Virus record (IMG/VR): IMGVR_UViG_3300021142_000002
Location: 124,001 to 188,000 of that record
Length of the DNA stretch: 64,000 nt
Reading direction: 5' to 3' (one strand)
Shown in pieces: positions 49,001 through 58,605 of this stretch. Within the stretch, counting starts at the first letter, position 1. Each line of letters begins with the position of its first letter. The notes beneath the pieces are model-generated. The model was not told the origin of the DNA. It did not search any database and was given only the letters and a program-made list of their open reading frames with translations. The position numbers and the translations under genes were made by a program.

Positions 49001-51655
49001 GTAAGAAAAGGAGTTAGAGGTTATTTTAAAGCTTTAATGCCTGCTAAAAAATATATCAATAAAAAAATTGATAATGCAGCAATTAAAGTATTTAAAAAGG
49101 TATTAGATCCAACAGGCATGTTTACCAGTATGTTTTCTTCTATATCGGCTACAATAGGTGAAATAATTGAAAGAAGAGATGATCGAATAGATTTTACACT
49201 GCACTCTATTTTAGATTATTTAAAACAAGCTATACCTGGAAAAGATTCTGAAGAAAAAGAAGCTATGCGTGAAGGTGGCTGGAAAAGTATACAAGAACAT
49301 CGCAAGCAAAAGATGGAAGAAAATAAGAAAAAGAAAGCTGAAGAAAAAGCAGAATCAGATTCTAAATGGAAAGGTGCTCCAAAAAACGATACTGTTGGTA
49401 AAGTAGGCGGTTTTATGGATAACATCCTTAGTAAAGGATTAGACTTTATTAGTAGTTTAGGAATACCAGAATTACTAGGTGGTGTAGGCGCATTTCTTGG
49501 TGCTACTAATATAGGTAGAACTGTAGTGGGTGCTACAGAAGCTTTAGGTGGTTTAGTTGCAATGGCTACAGAAGGTGCTATTGCAGCAATGGCTACGTTA
49601 GCTATGCCTGAAGTAGCTATGATAGCGGGTACAGTAGCTGCTGTGGGTGCAACAGCTTATGCGGCCTATAAAGGATATGAAGCATTAAATAGAAGGCGAT
49701 CTTTAGATAGATTAGAGAAAATACGCTTTATGCAATATGGTATTCCATTAGATAATGGAAGAGCTATTGGTAAAGTTAGATTCTTAGAAGAAACTATTGA
49801 TGACGTTTATACCTTTGGATCAAATGGAGCCGCTAAATTAAAGTTAAAGCTACAAGAAATTTGGGAAAAATATTATTCAGATTTTGATTGGAGAGCTGAA
49901 GATGAACGTGGGGCTAAAGCTTTTATGGATTGGTATATTAGACGATTTGTACCAGTTTATGTTAAGCATAGAACTGTAGCTAGTATCTTAAAAATTACTT
50001 TAGATGAATTAGATTCAACACTTAAAGATGAAGATCTATCTGCTTATGTTAAAGCTATTCAGTTTGGACCTAAAGATAAAGAAGGTAAATTAGATCCTTA
50101 TAACATTACTATTTCTCCTTTTAGATATTATTCTTTGGAAAATAGACTCGAAACATTAAGTCTCTATTGCCAGCAGTTAATTATTGAGGGCGATAAAGCT
50201 AATGAGGGAAAAGATGATGCCTCTAAAAATAACTTAGATCCAAAAGAATTATCTAAAGCAGTTACTAGTACACCTGGTAAAAGAAAAGAAAACGAAGATA
50301 AAAAAGTAGCTGATGAAAACTTAAAGAAGGTTAATGCGGTTAATGAATCCGAACAAAAAGAAGCTAAGAAAGAGCAAGAGAAATCTACTCTAGAAAAGAT
50401 ATCAGATTTTGTTAAAGATAAATTTGGTGTTGATGTTCCTGCGGCGGCTAATAATGTTAAAAACTTTGTTGGTAGAGTGGGTGAAGATTTAGCTGTGGGC
50501 GCTAAAAAGTTACCAGGTGCAATTGGTGGATTTGTTAATACCAAGATAGTACAGCCTGTTAAAAATTCATTAGCTGGATTAATATCTGGACATGAATCGG
50601 GTGGTAATTATGATATTGCTAATCGTGGTAATATTAATGGTCATAACTTAGGTATATCAACTGCTAAAGTAAGTACCATGACTATTGGCGATATCTTAGC
50701 CGCTAATAAGAAATCGGCTAGTGACCCATCTAGAATTTTGGCTGCTGGTAAATATCAGTTAATTACACCTACATTAGCTGATGCTGCTAAACAATTAAAT
50801 TTACCAATGACCACTGTATTTGACAAAAAGACTCAAGAGTATATTTTTGCTAAATACTTATTAGGCATTAAAGGAAATACTAAGCTCCTTAATGCTTATA
50901 TAAAAGGTAGCGATGTAGATAAAATGAAGATGATGAAAAATCTAGCCAGAGAATGGACTAGTATTGCTGATCCTTATACGGGTAAAACAGCTGGCGGTGC
51001 TGGCAATAAAGCATTTGTTACCGCAGATCAAGCATTAGCAACTATTGATAAAGCTAGGGCTATGTATGCTTCATTTAAAGAAATGGGTTTATCAGATGAT
51101 GAAGCTTTCCAGCAAGCAGTAGCATCTGATGGAACTAATGTTCCCTTAACTAATTTGGCAGGCTCTGCAGCTAAACCTGATGCTGGTAATGGTGAAATGG
51201 TTCAAGCTACTCCTCCAAAAATAGCTGCACCAACACTAGCCAATGGCGCTAATAATTCTGTGGCTAGTAATGTTATTCCACCACCCGCTGCTGCTCCTAA
51301 TGTAGATAAATCTAAGACGTTAGAAGCTGCATCGGCAGACAATGCCAAATCTACTAATACGGTGGCCGTTAATAATTCTAGTCCTGCACCTTCCGCTGGT
51401 CCTAGAGCTAATAACTATCCAGATCTTACACATGTTAGTAAAGCTATTAATAGTACATCTGCCGATGCCAATAAACAGCGTGATGCTCAAATAGCAGAAC
51501 AGCAAAAAACTAATATGTTGTTAGCTCAACTCACTGATAGTTTAACAGCTAGTTTAAATGATAAGAATATACCCACTACATTGATGAAACCGTCAGAAAG
51601 TCCTGTAGTAAAACAAAAAGTAAATCCTGTTATTAATTTAGCAAGAAATATTTAA
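46034..51655 (+). CDS. Large tail protein with lysozyme domain (phiKZ gp181-like)
   Basis: 1873 aa; TLVEIIPGYLSR, RFMQYG, C-terminal HESGGNY..AAGKYQ..T..F....Q..REW.SI; synteny after gp180. Confidence 0.8.
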   Translation: MAKNKEFDLEKMGEMDDDKLLNALEAAFGDDDDLFDTEIKDNRKPTTVIKDTIVDAFSGTDNILKVTKSLIKRALPDSYGDTMDTLENVSRDVKDTYDDTVYKLEPAINNVKLGIKGALPTIEKILPAGMARKIKKFAETANEQPYSDYSKKDYQGEEISNTIQTIFGAEVAEREVRERKANIHRNIDRTINKKQFKVSATLQTHMANNIGRIVSYQDEVLDKYYRKSLDLQYRSYFALRSLLDLKKDEVVSNKIRFDNIIKNTGLPDIVKSRLNEDFKTELRNRLIGRVHDDLATRLRNLPTRTRDRLKETIRGIVEGFSGAAESSVSLNEQFSGLPLGEMAKMEGGDFARHHLGAQIGKKFRDTIPKYLNKVNPNIWGSIENFGNTLKRYHSEWPGYLNRKFGEGKGILGQIGTLTGTEFGDTNTINNSLVADATTATPWDTLSRRTLVEIIPGYLSRTLNEISGIHALLAGKETPNEVVYSHEFEDFVTKKKALKQIRKRFRGTIGSGLKDKINAIIDIVDPDGTKLSESERVELGGIIVKELRKGNNFDPRDFADPYNLDTPKAEKYAQLFRDTFNITEEMVEEDGFLTSKLQVGGAGEANLKHKNAALLYGEARGSLGNYNALLNEYFKTGNKSLLRELGILKEETGTLHVNNDYKNRDIREWLKLGNKGNYTAEAKAYYEGTDTTMGPPKPSQTFAGFQLGGLGEKIDKITHEETLSKLYKLTETNDDKKLALLESINDRLLNFGYFTPPHESSENINASHGSVTVRTSRRKNNQRTTIPVNQPTPAPATPFSIYEMMQMVKDYGGKMSLHDATGLMNKIANAGGYLNTSSTTIRNLLKRVTKSTAKEMKKADAFNATGHPAMGKTWATPVQHQFNYDFTTGTKESTSKGNDREMPKVYKIPNGKYLYLHDKLTGEWKVRDSETDEPWMDIEKPDAELVKKFVPADKEKPKSSSTKAKGGTKEENVKKLRKGLAGLFIGTGRLVRKGVRGYFKALMPAKKYINKKIDNAAIKVFKKVLDPTGMFTSMFSSISATIGEIIERRDDRIDFTLHSILDYLKQAIPGKDSEEKEAMREGGWKSIQEHRKQKMEENKKKKAEEKAESDSKWKGAPKNDTVGKVGGFMDNILSKGLDFISSLGIPELLGGVGAFLGATNIGRTVVGATEALGGLVAMATEGAIAAMATLAMPEVAMIAGTVAAVGATAYAAYKGYEALNRRRSLDRLEKIRFMQYGIPLDNGRAIGKVRFLEETIDDVYTFGSNGAAKLKLKLQEIWEKYYSDFDWRAEDERGAKAFMDWYIRRFVPVYVKHRTVASILKITLDELDSTLKDEDLSAYVKAIQFGPKDKEGKLDPYNITISPFRYYSLENRLETLSLYCQQLIIEGDKANEGKDDASKNNLDPKELSKAVTSTPGKRKENEDKKVADENLKKVNAVNESEQKEAKKEQEKSTLEKISDFVKDKFGVDVPAAANNVKNFVGRVGEDLAVGAKKLPGAIGGFVNTKIVQPVKNSLAGLISGHESGGNYDIANRGNINGHNLGISTAKVSTMTIGDILAANKKSASDPSRILAAGKYQLITPTLADAAKQLNLPMTTVFDKKTQEYIFAKYLLGIKGNTKLLNAYIKGSDVDKMKMMKNLAREWTSIADPYTGKTAGGAGNKAFVTADQALATIDKARAMYASFKEMGLSDDEAFQQAVASDGTNVPLTNLAGSAAKPDAGNGEMVQATPPKIAAPTLANGANNSVASNVIPPPAAAPNVDKSKTLEAASADNAKSTNTVAVNNSSPAPSAGPRANNYPDLTHVSKAINSTSADANKQRDAQIAEQQKTNMLLAQLTDSLTASLNDKNIPTTLMKPSESPVVKQKVNPVINLARNI

Positions 51656-51662
51656 TAATTAA

Positions 51663-51696
51663 TATAGGGTTAATTGGATATCCAATTAACCCTATA
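51663..51696. terminator. Perfect 34-bp palindrome
   Basis: TATAGGGTTAATTGGATATCCAATTAACCCTATA. Confidence 0.65.
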
Positions 51697-51713
51697 CTTT
51701 AAAGGAGTTTTTA

Positions 51714-53900
51714 ATGACAATGAATACTAATACCGCTTTACTTAATGAATTAACAAATAATTCATGGGTAAGACAAGCTTTATTTTTACCCATTAGAGGG
51801 GATGGTTCTGGAAACCCTGGTGGATTATTTGTAAATGCTCGAGCTAAAAAAATACAAATAGCAGGAACCTATAGTTTAGAATCTTTAAATTTTGAAGATA
51901 CGTCATTGGGTGGAAATAGATCTATTAATCCTAAATATCAATTTACCAGTTATGCAGATCAAAATTTACCTTCTCTTTTATATAATACCACTTCTAATGG
52001 TAAACCCAATAGAAATCAATCTATGGGTATGGGAAGGTATTATGCTGAGGCCATTAATAGTAATGCCCAAAGAATAACCCTACAATATGGTGTACCAGCC
52101 TTTAACTCAGTCTCCAACTACATGAATACCTTTTATGATTCTAATATTGCAAAAACTGCAACAACAGGTGAAGTAGGTATTGGATGGATGAGTACCGTAA
52201 TAGAATGGGCTGCTAGAATTACCGTATACTACATGGTACCAGTATTAGCCCTATCTTCTTTTATAGTAGGTACGGCTGGTGCAGTGATTAATAATATTAA
52301 TAAAAGGCCAACAAGTAAATTTTATTACATGACACCTACCATGCCATTATACTGGAGTAGCGTGCAGACCATTGCCAATGCATTGGCAGTTAATATGAAA
52401 CTAGTTCAGGGTTTATCTAACGATGTTTTAACTCAGCCTGTGGGTCAAGAACAAACAGGAATTAATTGGGAAAAGTTAGGATTTACCACCAGTGAAGGGG
52501 CTACCGGAACTAATAATGCACTAGCCTCTACTTATGAAAAATATTTACCAGATATTCTATTGCCCAATGGATCTGGAATAGATTTTAAACAAGTGGCTAC
52601 TAGATATCAAAGACTTGCCGATGCCCATACCAGAATATTAACTGATATCAGAAATAGAGCGACTGATGATGATCATGCTTTTGCTTTAATTCAAGAATAT
52701 ATTTCAGGAAATAAAAGTGAATTAAAAGTAGAAACAGGTATGGGATTAAATGACCTATTAAAGGCCTACGCCACTGTGTCTGAAAATGCATCAAAGAGTT
52801 TAATGGATCAATTAGTATATCCTGATCCGCCTTCACAATCAGATGGCGTGGATAATAAATCGCCTGATAATTTAAGTTCAGCTGCTCGGGCAGCAGCCAC
52901 TGCATCGGTGGCCAATACCTTTGGTGGAGTAGGCTCTATATGGACTGGGATTGCAGAACATTTTCTTGCTAAAAAAGATTTTCTATTAGCTGAGCTGCGA
53001 GATGGTTCTTCTTTTATTCAGTATAGTGTGGAATTTGATCAACATGTTAGTGAATCATTTACTAATAGTGCTAGAGTATCAGATATTGCTAGTACAATGA
53101 ATTCTTTTAGTAAGTCAAATAGAGATAAACTATTTAATATAGCTAACGGGCATTTCGTTGATGGTCCTATAGGCGATGTATTAGATGCGGTCGTTAGTGC
53201 CGGCAGCGCAGTTCTTACAGGAGTGGCTAAAGCAACAGGCTTTAGTGGTCTTGCAGCATTAGGTGGTAGAGGCTTTGCTGACATACCAGAATTTTGGGAT
53301 GAATCTTATACCAACTTACCTAGTGCCAACTATGAGATTCAATTAAGAACACCTTATGGTAATCCAGCTGCTATTTATACTGATCTTCTACTGCCATTAG
53401 CAACCTTAATCGCAGGTGCTGCACCTAGAGCTACAGGTAGAAATTCATGGACGGGTCCTTATCTTTGCAAGTTATGGCAAAAGGGTAGGGTGCAGTATAG
53501 TCTAGGTATGATTACTCAAATGAATATCCAAAGAGGTACTGGAAATGTGGGATGGAACATACATGGTCAGCCTTTGGGCATTGATATAAGTTGTACTATT
53601 ACAAATTTATCTAAGATGCTGTATATGCCTATTAGTGCAGATATTACAGTATCTGATATATTAGGTACCTCAATTTTTGATGAAGATAATAATTTTACAG
53701 ACTATATGGCTACATTAGCCGCATTAGGTTATGTAGATCAATACTATGCTTTAAGTAGATGGAAGTTAAAATTAGCTAATATACAATCTAATTTTGATTC
53801 TTTTGGCAGCATAGATAACTTTTTATTCTTCCAATTAGACCCAACCTCAAATGTGGGTAGTTTATTATCATTAGCTGCTAGACATAATCTTGGTTTATAA
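51714..53900 (+). CDS. Tail tip/baseplate protein (phiKZ gp182-like)
   Basis: DTSLGGN.SINP..QFT.YAD, MGRYY.EAI, GVPAFNS, L.TPYGNP, GMIT...I.RG.GN.GW. Confidence 0.75.
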   Translation: MTMNTNTALLNELTNNSWVRQALFLPIRGDGSGNPGGLFVNARAKKIQIAGTYSLESLNFEDTSLGGNRSINPKYQFTSYADQNLPSLLYNTTSNGKPNRNQSMGMGRYYAEAINSNAQRITLQYGVPAFNSVSNYMNTFYDSNIAKTATTGEVGIGWMSTVIEWAARITVYYMVPVLALSSFIVGTAGAVINNINKRPTSKFYYMTPTMPLYWSSVQTIANALAVNMKLVQGLSNDVLTQPVGQEQTGINWEKLGFTTSEGATGTNNALASTYEKYLPDILLPNGSGIDFKQVATRYQRLADAHTRILTDIRNRATDDDHAFALIQEYISGNKSELKVETGMGLNDLLKAYATVSENASKSLMDQLVYPDPPSQSDGVDNKSPDNLSSAARAAATASVANTFGGVGSIWTGIAEHFLAKKDFLLAELRDGSSFIQYSVEFDQHVSESFTNSARVSDIASTMNSFSKSNRDKLFNIANGHFVDGPIGDVLDAVVSAGSAVLTGVAKATGFSGLAALGGRGFADIPEFWDESYTNLPSANYEIQLRTPYGNPAAIYTDLLLPLATLIAGAAPRATGRNSWTGPYLCKLWQKGRVQYSLGMITQMNIQRGTGNVGWNIHGQPLGIDISCTITNLSKMLYMPISADITVSDILGTSIFDEDNNFTDYMATLAALGYVDQYYALSRWKLKLANIQSNFDSFGSIDNFLFFQLDPTSNVGSLLSLAARHNLGL

Positions 53901-53914
53901 AAAAAAACATATTG

Positions 53915-53946
53915 GAGTATAGGATAGCCTAGGCTATCCTATACTC
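53915..53946. terminator. Perfect 32-bp palindrome between convergent genes
   Basis: GAGTATAGGATAGCCTAGGCTATCCTATACTC. Confidence 0.7.
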
Positions 53947-53950
53947 TATT

Positions 53951-54535
53951 TTAAATGTCTAAATCTTTCATTAAATCATAAATAAAATCATCAGGACTCA
54001 CCTCACCATAAACATTATGGTTTATATTAAAGTCATCACAAAATTTATGCACTATAAATAAACTCGTAAATAATTCTAACACAGTTTTAGGTACTTTAGT
54101 AACTGCATTATTACAATACAGTATATCACCTATACATTCATCTAAAGAGGCTATCTTAGCCTGTATAGCTAATAAACCTAATATAGCTTGTTTAACTATG
54201 TTGCTGGATGTTTTCCCTAAGTTGTATAATTCTTTTCCATTTTCTGTTAAGTTTGGATAAATGTTTTCAAACTGATCTGGACACATAAACAACATCTTTA
54301 AATGGAATCTATCATTAGCTATCTGCAGTGGTCTAGCTAATGTTTTACTTGCATTTGAATTAGATACAATTAATTTGTTTACACTCATGTCTGTTAAAGA
54401 CAATGCTCGATCGACTAATTCTGTATTAGCTTTGCGTCTTTTAAACCTAAGCTTAGGTTTAAGTGCATAATAACCAATACATAAAGCATATAACCAGCCA
54501 ATACTCTGATGTGACCAATCTATTAAAACTGCCAT
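53951..54535 (-). CDS. Hypothetical protein
   Basis: 194-aa ORF. Confidence 0.6.
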   Translation of the reverse strand: MAVLIDWSHQSIGWLYALCIGYYALKPKLRFKRRKANTELVDRALSLTDMSVNKLIVSNSNASKTLARPLQIANDRFHLKMLFMCPDQFENIYPNLTENGKELYNLGKTSSNIVKQAILGLLAIQAKIASLDECIGDILYCNNAVTKVPKTVLELFTSLFIVHKFCDDFNINHNVYGEVSPDDFIYDLMKDLDI

Positions 54536-54581
54536 TTTACTAGCCCTATGAAGAAGTTATTAAGAATGTACTTACATAAAA

Positions 54582-56663
54582 TTAAACATGGACTAAAGTA
54601 TATTTATTATCTAATTCTAACTGGCAAGCAATAGCTGTTAAGGGATAATAAACTAGAGTATTTAGACTATCCATAGAGGCCGTAATAAAAGGAGATTGAT
54701 TAAAAATACTCTCTCCGTTTCTAATAACCATATCAAAGCTTGGGCAAATTTGATAAAGTGCACCGCCAAAGAATCTAGAAACGGTTTGTCTACCCATCGC
54801 TGCATCATCTTCATTATTAGAATAATTACTCAATAAAGTAACTACAATGTAATAAAGATAATCAGTAGATATTGTGCCCGCATAATTATTAATTAAGTCT
54901 AATACGATTCTATAGTTACCTGCTTTAGCACCTACTTCCATTGCCTTTTTGGTAGCATAGATTAAATAATCGCCTGATAAACCAGCACTCGTTAATATAC
55001 TTGTAGGCTCATTATTACTATTTATCTGTGTAGATAATGTTGTTAATTGAGTACTATTTAAATTAGATAAGATAGGTAATGCTGAAATAACGGCTGTTGA
55101 ATCTAATCCATTTAAATTATTAGTAAGTACAGTAGCATTAGCTGCATTCAATGCATTAATAGTATCAGATACTGATATTACATTATTAGATCCCATTAAG
55201 GTGACTTGAGCCAATGCAGTATTTAAATTAGAAGTAGTTTCTAAACCAATTAGACCCATATCAGTACTGATAGTATTTGCACCATGGGTAGTTGCAAGCG
55301 TTAATAAGGTATTAGCATTAGTTATAGTCAAGGTATTAATACCATTAATTAAACTAATACAGTATGTTATACCAATAGTATCTAATAATGTATTTAAATT
55401 AGCAATTAAAGTAATTCCATGATTTTGAATGTCAGTGAGTACTGTACCATTATTAGTACTGCCATGAGCCGTTATATAGGCTGCTATGTTAGTAGCTTCT
55501 ACTTCAGTAATAATGCCTAGCATGATAGTAGGCTGTATACCAGCAATATCATTAAATAATTGAGTCAGTACAGTTAAGCCTAACGTTTGTAATTGAGCTA
55601 CGAGATTAGTAACAGTACTAATACCATACGTGTTGATGCCATTGGCTACTGTAGCTGCGGCTGTAGGATTACTATTAATAACACCAATTAAAGTAGTCGC
55701 ATCAGTTTTTCCTAATTGAGTGACTATATTGGCTACATTTTTATAAATGTTAGGTGAAGTACTCGTACCAATAGCAGTAATTAAATTAGAGGTATTGGTA
55801 TAGCCCGAACTATTAATTGTATTAACTAAGTTAGATACTGTCGTTATACTCGATGCTTGAGTAGCTGTTGCAATGATACTCACCTGAGTACTAGTAGAAT
55901 TATTAAGCAATGGCAATGCATTAGTAGCATTGGTAATACCTAAATTTCTTAATGTATTAGAAATAGAGGTAGGTGTAGTAGTCGATAAACTAACAGTCGC
56001 TAAAGCTACACCTGCTTTAGCAATAGGATTGCCACTATAAGTATACCCGCCACCATGATTAGCTGGATATCCTCTAGCCGCATTAAAATCCAATGAGCCT
56101 TTAATTTGATTAGTAATAGAGCTAATGTCAAAGAAATGACTCATTTGCCCCATAAAACTCAATCCATTGGTAGTAAAGACTGCTGGTAAGTTTTCTACAG
56201 TAATTCCAATTTGACGAGCTTGGTAAAGAAATGTTTCTAAATGATTAACAGTATTTAAAACCCCAGACATTCTTAGTATATTAACTAAGCTTAAATTCCT
56301 AGGTATTCTGTTTTGTAAGTTTAAAAGAAACTGTTCTAAATTCTGTCCTTTTAGCAATAGCTGCTGAGCTAGTCCTGGTAAACCTTTAATACCATCTATT
56401 AGTTCAGGAGGTAAAACACTTTCTACGTAATCTACTACACTATCAATAGCTAACTCTGCTTGATTTAAAATACCTAATTCTACTGTAGAATAAGGATCAA
56501 CGGTTACTTTTTCTAAAAAAGGGGATAGTTCAAAATCAGTAGGGAGTATATCTTTGATGGGTGATGGTGCCGGCACTGGTGTAGTGACAGGTTGAGTATT
56601 TATACCCAGTGAAGATAAATCTATTTTTGAAAGATCTAAACCATGTGAATTAATAACAGGCAT
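54582..56663 (-). CDS. Probable virion protein with long charge-poor helical repeat region
   Basis: GGAG RBS before ATG 56663; N/T/S/I/L-rich middle. Confidence 0.6.
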   Translation of the reverse strand: MPVINSHGLDLSKIDLSSLGINTQPVTTPVPAPSPIKDILPTDFELSPFLEKVTVDPYSTVELGILNQAELAIDSVVDYVESVLPPELIDGIKGLPGLAQQLLLKGQNLEQFLLNLQNRIPRNLSLVNILRMSGVLNTVNHLETFLYQARQIGITVENLPAVFTTNGLSFMGQMSHFFDISSITNQIKGSLDFNAARGYPANHGGGYTYSGNPIAKAGVALATVSLSTTTPTSISNTLRNLGITNATNALPLLNNSTSTQVSIIATATQASSITTVSNLVNTINSSGYTNTSNLITAIGTSTSPNIYKNVANIVTQLGKTDATTLIGVINSNPTAAATVANGINTYGISTVTNLVAQLQTLGLTVLTQLFNDIAGIQPTIMLGIITEVEATNIAAYITAHGSTNNGTVLTDIQNHGITLIANLNTLLDTIGITYCISLINGINTLTITNANTLLTLATTHGANTISTDMGLIGLETTSNLNTALAQVTLMGSNNVISVSDTINALNAANATVLTNNLNGLDSTAVISALPILSNLNSTQLTTLSTQINSNNEPTSILTSAGLSGDYLIYATKKAMEVGAKAGNYRIVLDLINNYAGTISTDYLYYIVVTLLSNYSNNEDDAAMGRQTVSRFFGGALYQICPSFDMVIRNGESIFNQSPFITASMDSLNTLVYYPLTAIACQLELDNKYTLVHV

Positions 56664-56700
56664 CTTAAAGCTCCATTTTAAACAAAAAAAAATAAGATTA

Positions 56701-56724
56701 GGTAGATAGCCTAGGCTATCTACC
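56701..56724. terminator. Perfect 24-bp palindrome
   Basis: GGTAGATAGCCTAGGCTATCTACC. Confidence 0.65.
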
Positions 56725-56743
56725 CACATAAAATTTAGCTAAG

Positions 56744-57025
56744 TTATTTATTGTAAACGAAGAGCACTTCATAAATGGCATAACATGCTATCAGCACTAT
56801 TAACAATGGCCAGAATGCCATGTATAAAACGAAGGCAATACAGTTATGTTCCTTTAACCACTTATAAGTATTGTATCTAAACTCAATACTCTTTACATTT
56901 TTTGGACCTAATAAAGTCATTGTTAATTCCAGCGCTGTGTTACTAAGCGCTCTATGAAAGGCTAATGCTATAAACTTAGCCATATAAACTGATATAATAA
57001 AATACCCACCAACTAACCAAATCAT
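56744..57025 (-). CDS. Small membrane protein
   Basis: Two hydrophobic segments; ATGA overlap at 57022-57025. Confidence 0.55.
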   Translation of the reverse strand: MIWLVGGYFIISVYMAKFIALAFHRALSNTALELTMTLLGPKNVKSIEFRYNTYKWLKEHNCIAFVLYMAFWPLLIVLIACYAIYEVLFVYNK

Positions 57026-57213
57026 TTGAATCTCCTCTTGATGTGAAATATAGGCCATGTAATAGCTATTAGTAATAGCATTTTCCAACTCTTTTCTTTT
57101 CTTAAAACAACTGCAGAATCTTTAGTTTCTTTCATAAATGAAATAGTTAATAGACCTGCATAAAGGTAAAGATAGAGTGGCAGTGCAATGGCTGATAAAA
57201 GATCTTTATCCAT
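57022..57213 (-). CDS. Small membrane protein
   Basis: TAATG coupling at 57213; two hydrophobic segments. Confidence 0.5.
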   Translation of the reverse strand: MDKDLLSAIALPLYLYLYAGLLTISFMKETKDSAVVLRKEKSWKMLLLIAITWPIFHIKRRFK

Positions 57214-57635
57214 TAAAAGTCCCAATAAGTTCTTAATAACTCTGCATATCCACCTAACGAATAATGAATATTGTTACGTGCCCAATACTTTCTTTTAAAA
57301 ATGATATTAATAAGTTGACCAAGGAAAGTCAATCTAGCTAGTTCAATGTCTACTCTATAAGTAGAATGCTCAGTAACCGTTAATTTAATCATAATGCATT
57401 TTTTAATGTTATCATATTCAACATTTTCCAAATGCACGTCAGCACAAAGTAATTTTTCTAAATGCTTAGCTGATGATAATTTAAGACTATCAATATTAAT
57501 ATCACAAAGATTAATGCCTTTGTTTAATTTTTTGATATCCCAAAGATATTTAGAATACCATTTGTCTATGCGTGTACAAGCAAGAATTAATCTAGCTGAT
57601 GACTCTGTTAAGTTATAGTTTAACTCTAAAATCAT
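57213..57635 (-). CDS. Hypothetical protein
   Basis: 140-aa ORF in coupled operon. Confidence 0.55.
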   Translation of the reverse strand: MILELNYNLTESSARLILACTRIDKWYSKYLWDIKKLNKGINLCDINIDSLKLSSAKHLEKLLCADVHLENVEYDNIKKCIMIKLTVTEHSTYRVDIELARLTFLGQLINIIFKRKYWARNNIHYSLGGYAELLRTYWDF

Positions 57636-58039
57636 TCTTCTTCCCCATCATCCTCATTGCTAATATCTCTTAGATTATCAACTGATATCTCTAAGGTTTG
57701 TGGTTTGTTTTTACGCCATAGCGTTACCTTGATATCCATCTTATCATATTCGAGAATTATTAATCCTCTCATAAACATGCCCCAGGATATCTTAGATTTC
57801 GCTAACATTCTAGTGGCATTACCTCTATCAGTAGCTGCTGCCTTTTCAGTCATTTCACCCTTACGATGAAACTTTGCTTTACTGATAAGTGTGTGCCATT
57901 GATGAGCCTTTAGATTATTATCGTAGAGTAAAATCCTCCATAATCTAGCCAAGACATTAGTTGTCTCGTAGATACCCATCATTCCCTCTTCAATAACCTT
58001 TACCATTGGATTATTAGAAGGAACTTTCTTCTCAGCCAT
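57632..58039 (-). CDS. Conserved phiKZ-like hypothetical protein
   Basis: LARLWR.IL...RGN..R.L....SW..F.RGL pattern. Confidence 0.55.
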   Translation of the reverse strand: MAEKKVPSNNPMVKVIEEGMMGIYETTNVLARLWRILLYDNNLKAHQWHTLISKAKFHRKGEMTEKAAATDRGNATRMLAKSKISWGMFMRGLIILEYDKMDIKVTLWRKNKPQTLEISVDNLRDISNEDDGEEE

Positions 58040-58529
58040 AGCTTACCTCCAGTAATAGTTTTGTTAAAGCCATGTAAGTATTTAATGGCTTAAATGACCT
58101 TCTTTGAACATAACCTTTATCATCCTTTGGCGTTAGTTCATATAACCTATTAATGAGTTCAGTAGCTCTTACCCACCCATCAAATAAATCCATTCCATAA
58201 AACTTTGAGTCAGGTTTAATATCACTCCATTGATCTAACCTATAAATAGAAGGCTTTCCAATATCCTTATCTTGAGTAATTCTACCCCCTGGTCTTTTCC
58301 ATTCTTCTAGAATTCTTTCCAACTCAGCTAACATCGTATGTAGACTATAGCTGGCCGCTTCAATTTGATAATGATATAAAACTCTTGGTTCTACGTTAAA
58401 AGTTTTCTTTTTAAAGAACTCTTTAAATAGAACACAGCTATCAAATAGCATCAGTTGTTCTTTCTTTATTTTGTATAAAGTTAATTTCCACTTTATAAAC
58501 AAAATAAAGTATCTAACTTTATTTAACAT
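58032..58529 (-). CDS. Hypothetical protein
   Basis: 165-aa ORF with AGGAG RBS. Confidence 0.6.
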   Translation of the reverse strand: MLNKVRYFILFIKWKLTLYKIKKEQLMLFDSCVLFKEFFKKKTFNVEPRVLYHYQIEAASYSLHTMLAELERILEEWKRPGGRITQDKDIGKPSIYRLDQWSDIKPDSKFYGMDLFDGWVRATELINRLYELTPKDDKGYVQRRSFKPLNTYMALTKLLLEVSYG

Positions 58530-58560
58530 TTTTTTCTCCTAAGAAATGATATTATCTAAT

Positions 58561-58590
58561 AGATAATATATACATCTTACTAATTTGAAA
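58561..58590 (-). promoter_or_regulatory. Putative early phage promoter
   Basis: Minus strand AAGATGTATATATTATCT. Confidence 0.6.
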
Positions 58591-58605
58591 TACTGGAATT
58601 TATTT

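Noticed and set aside
46370-53284. Minus-strand ORFs inside the gp181/gp182-like genes (e.g. 50164-50544)
   Set aside because: They are antisense shadows of long coding regions.
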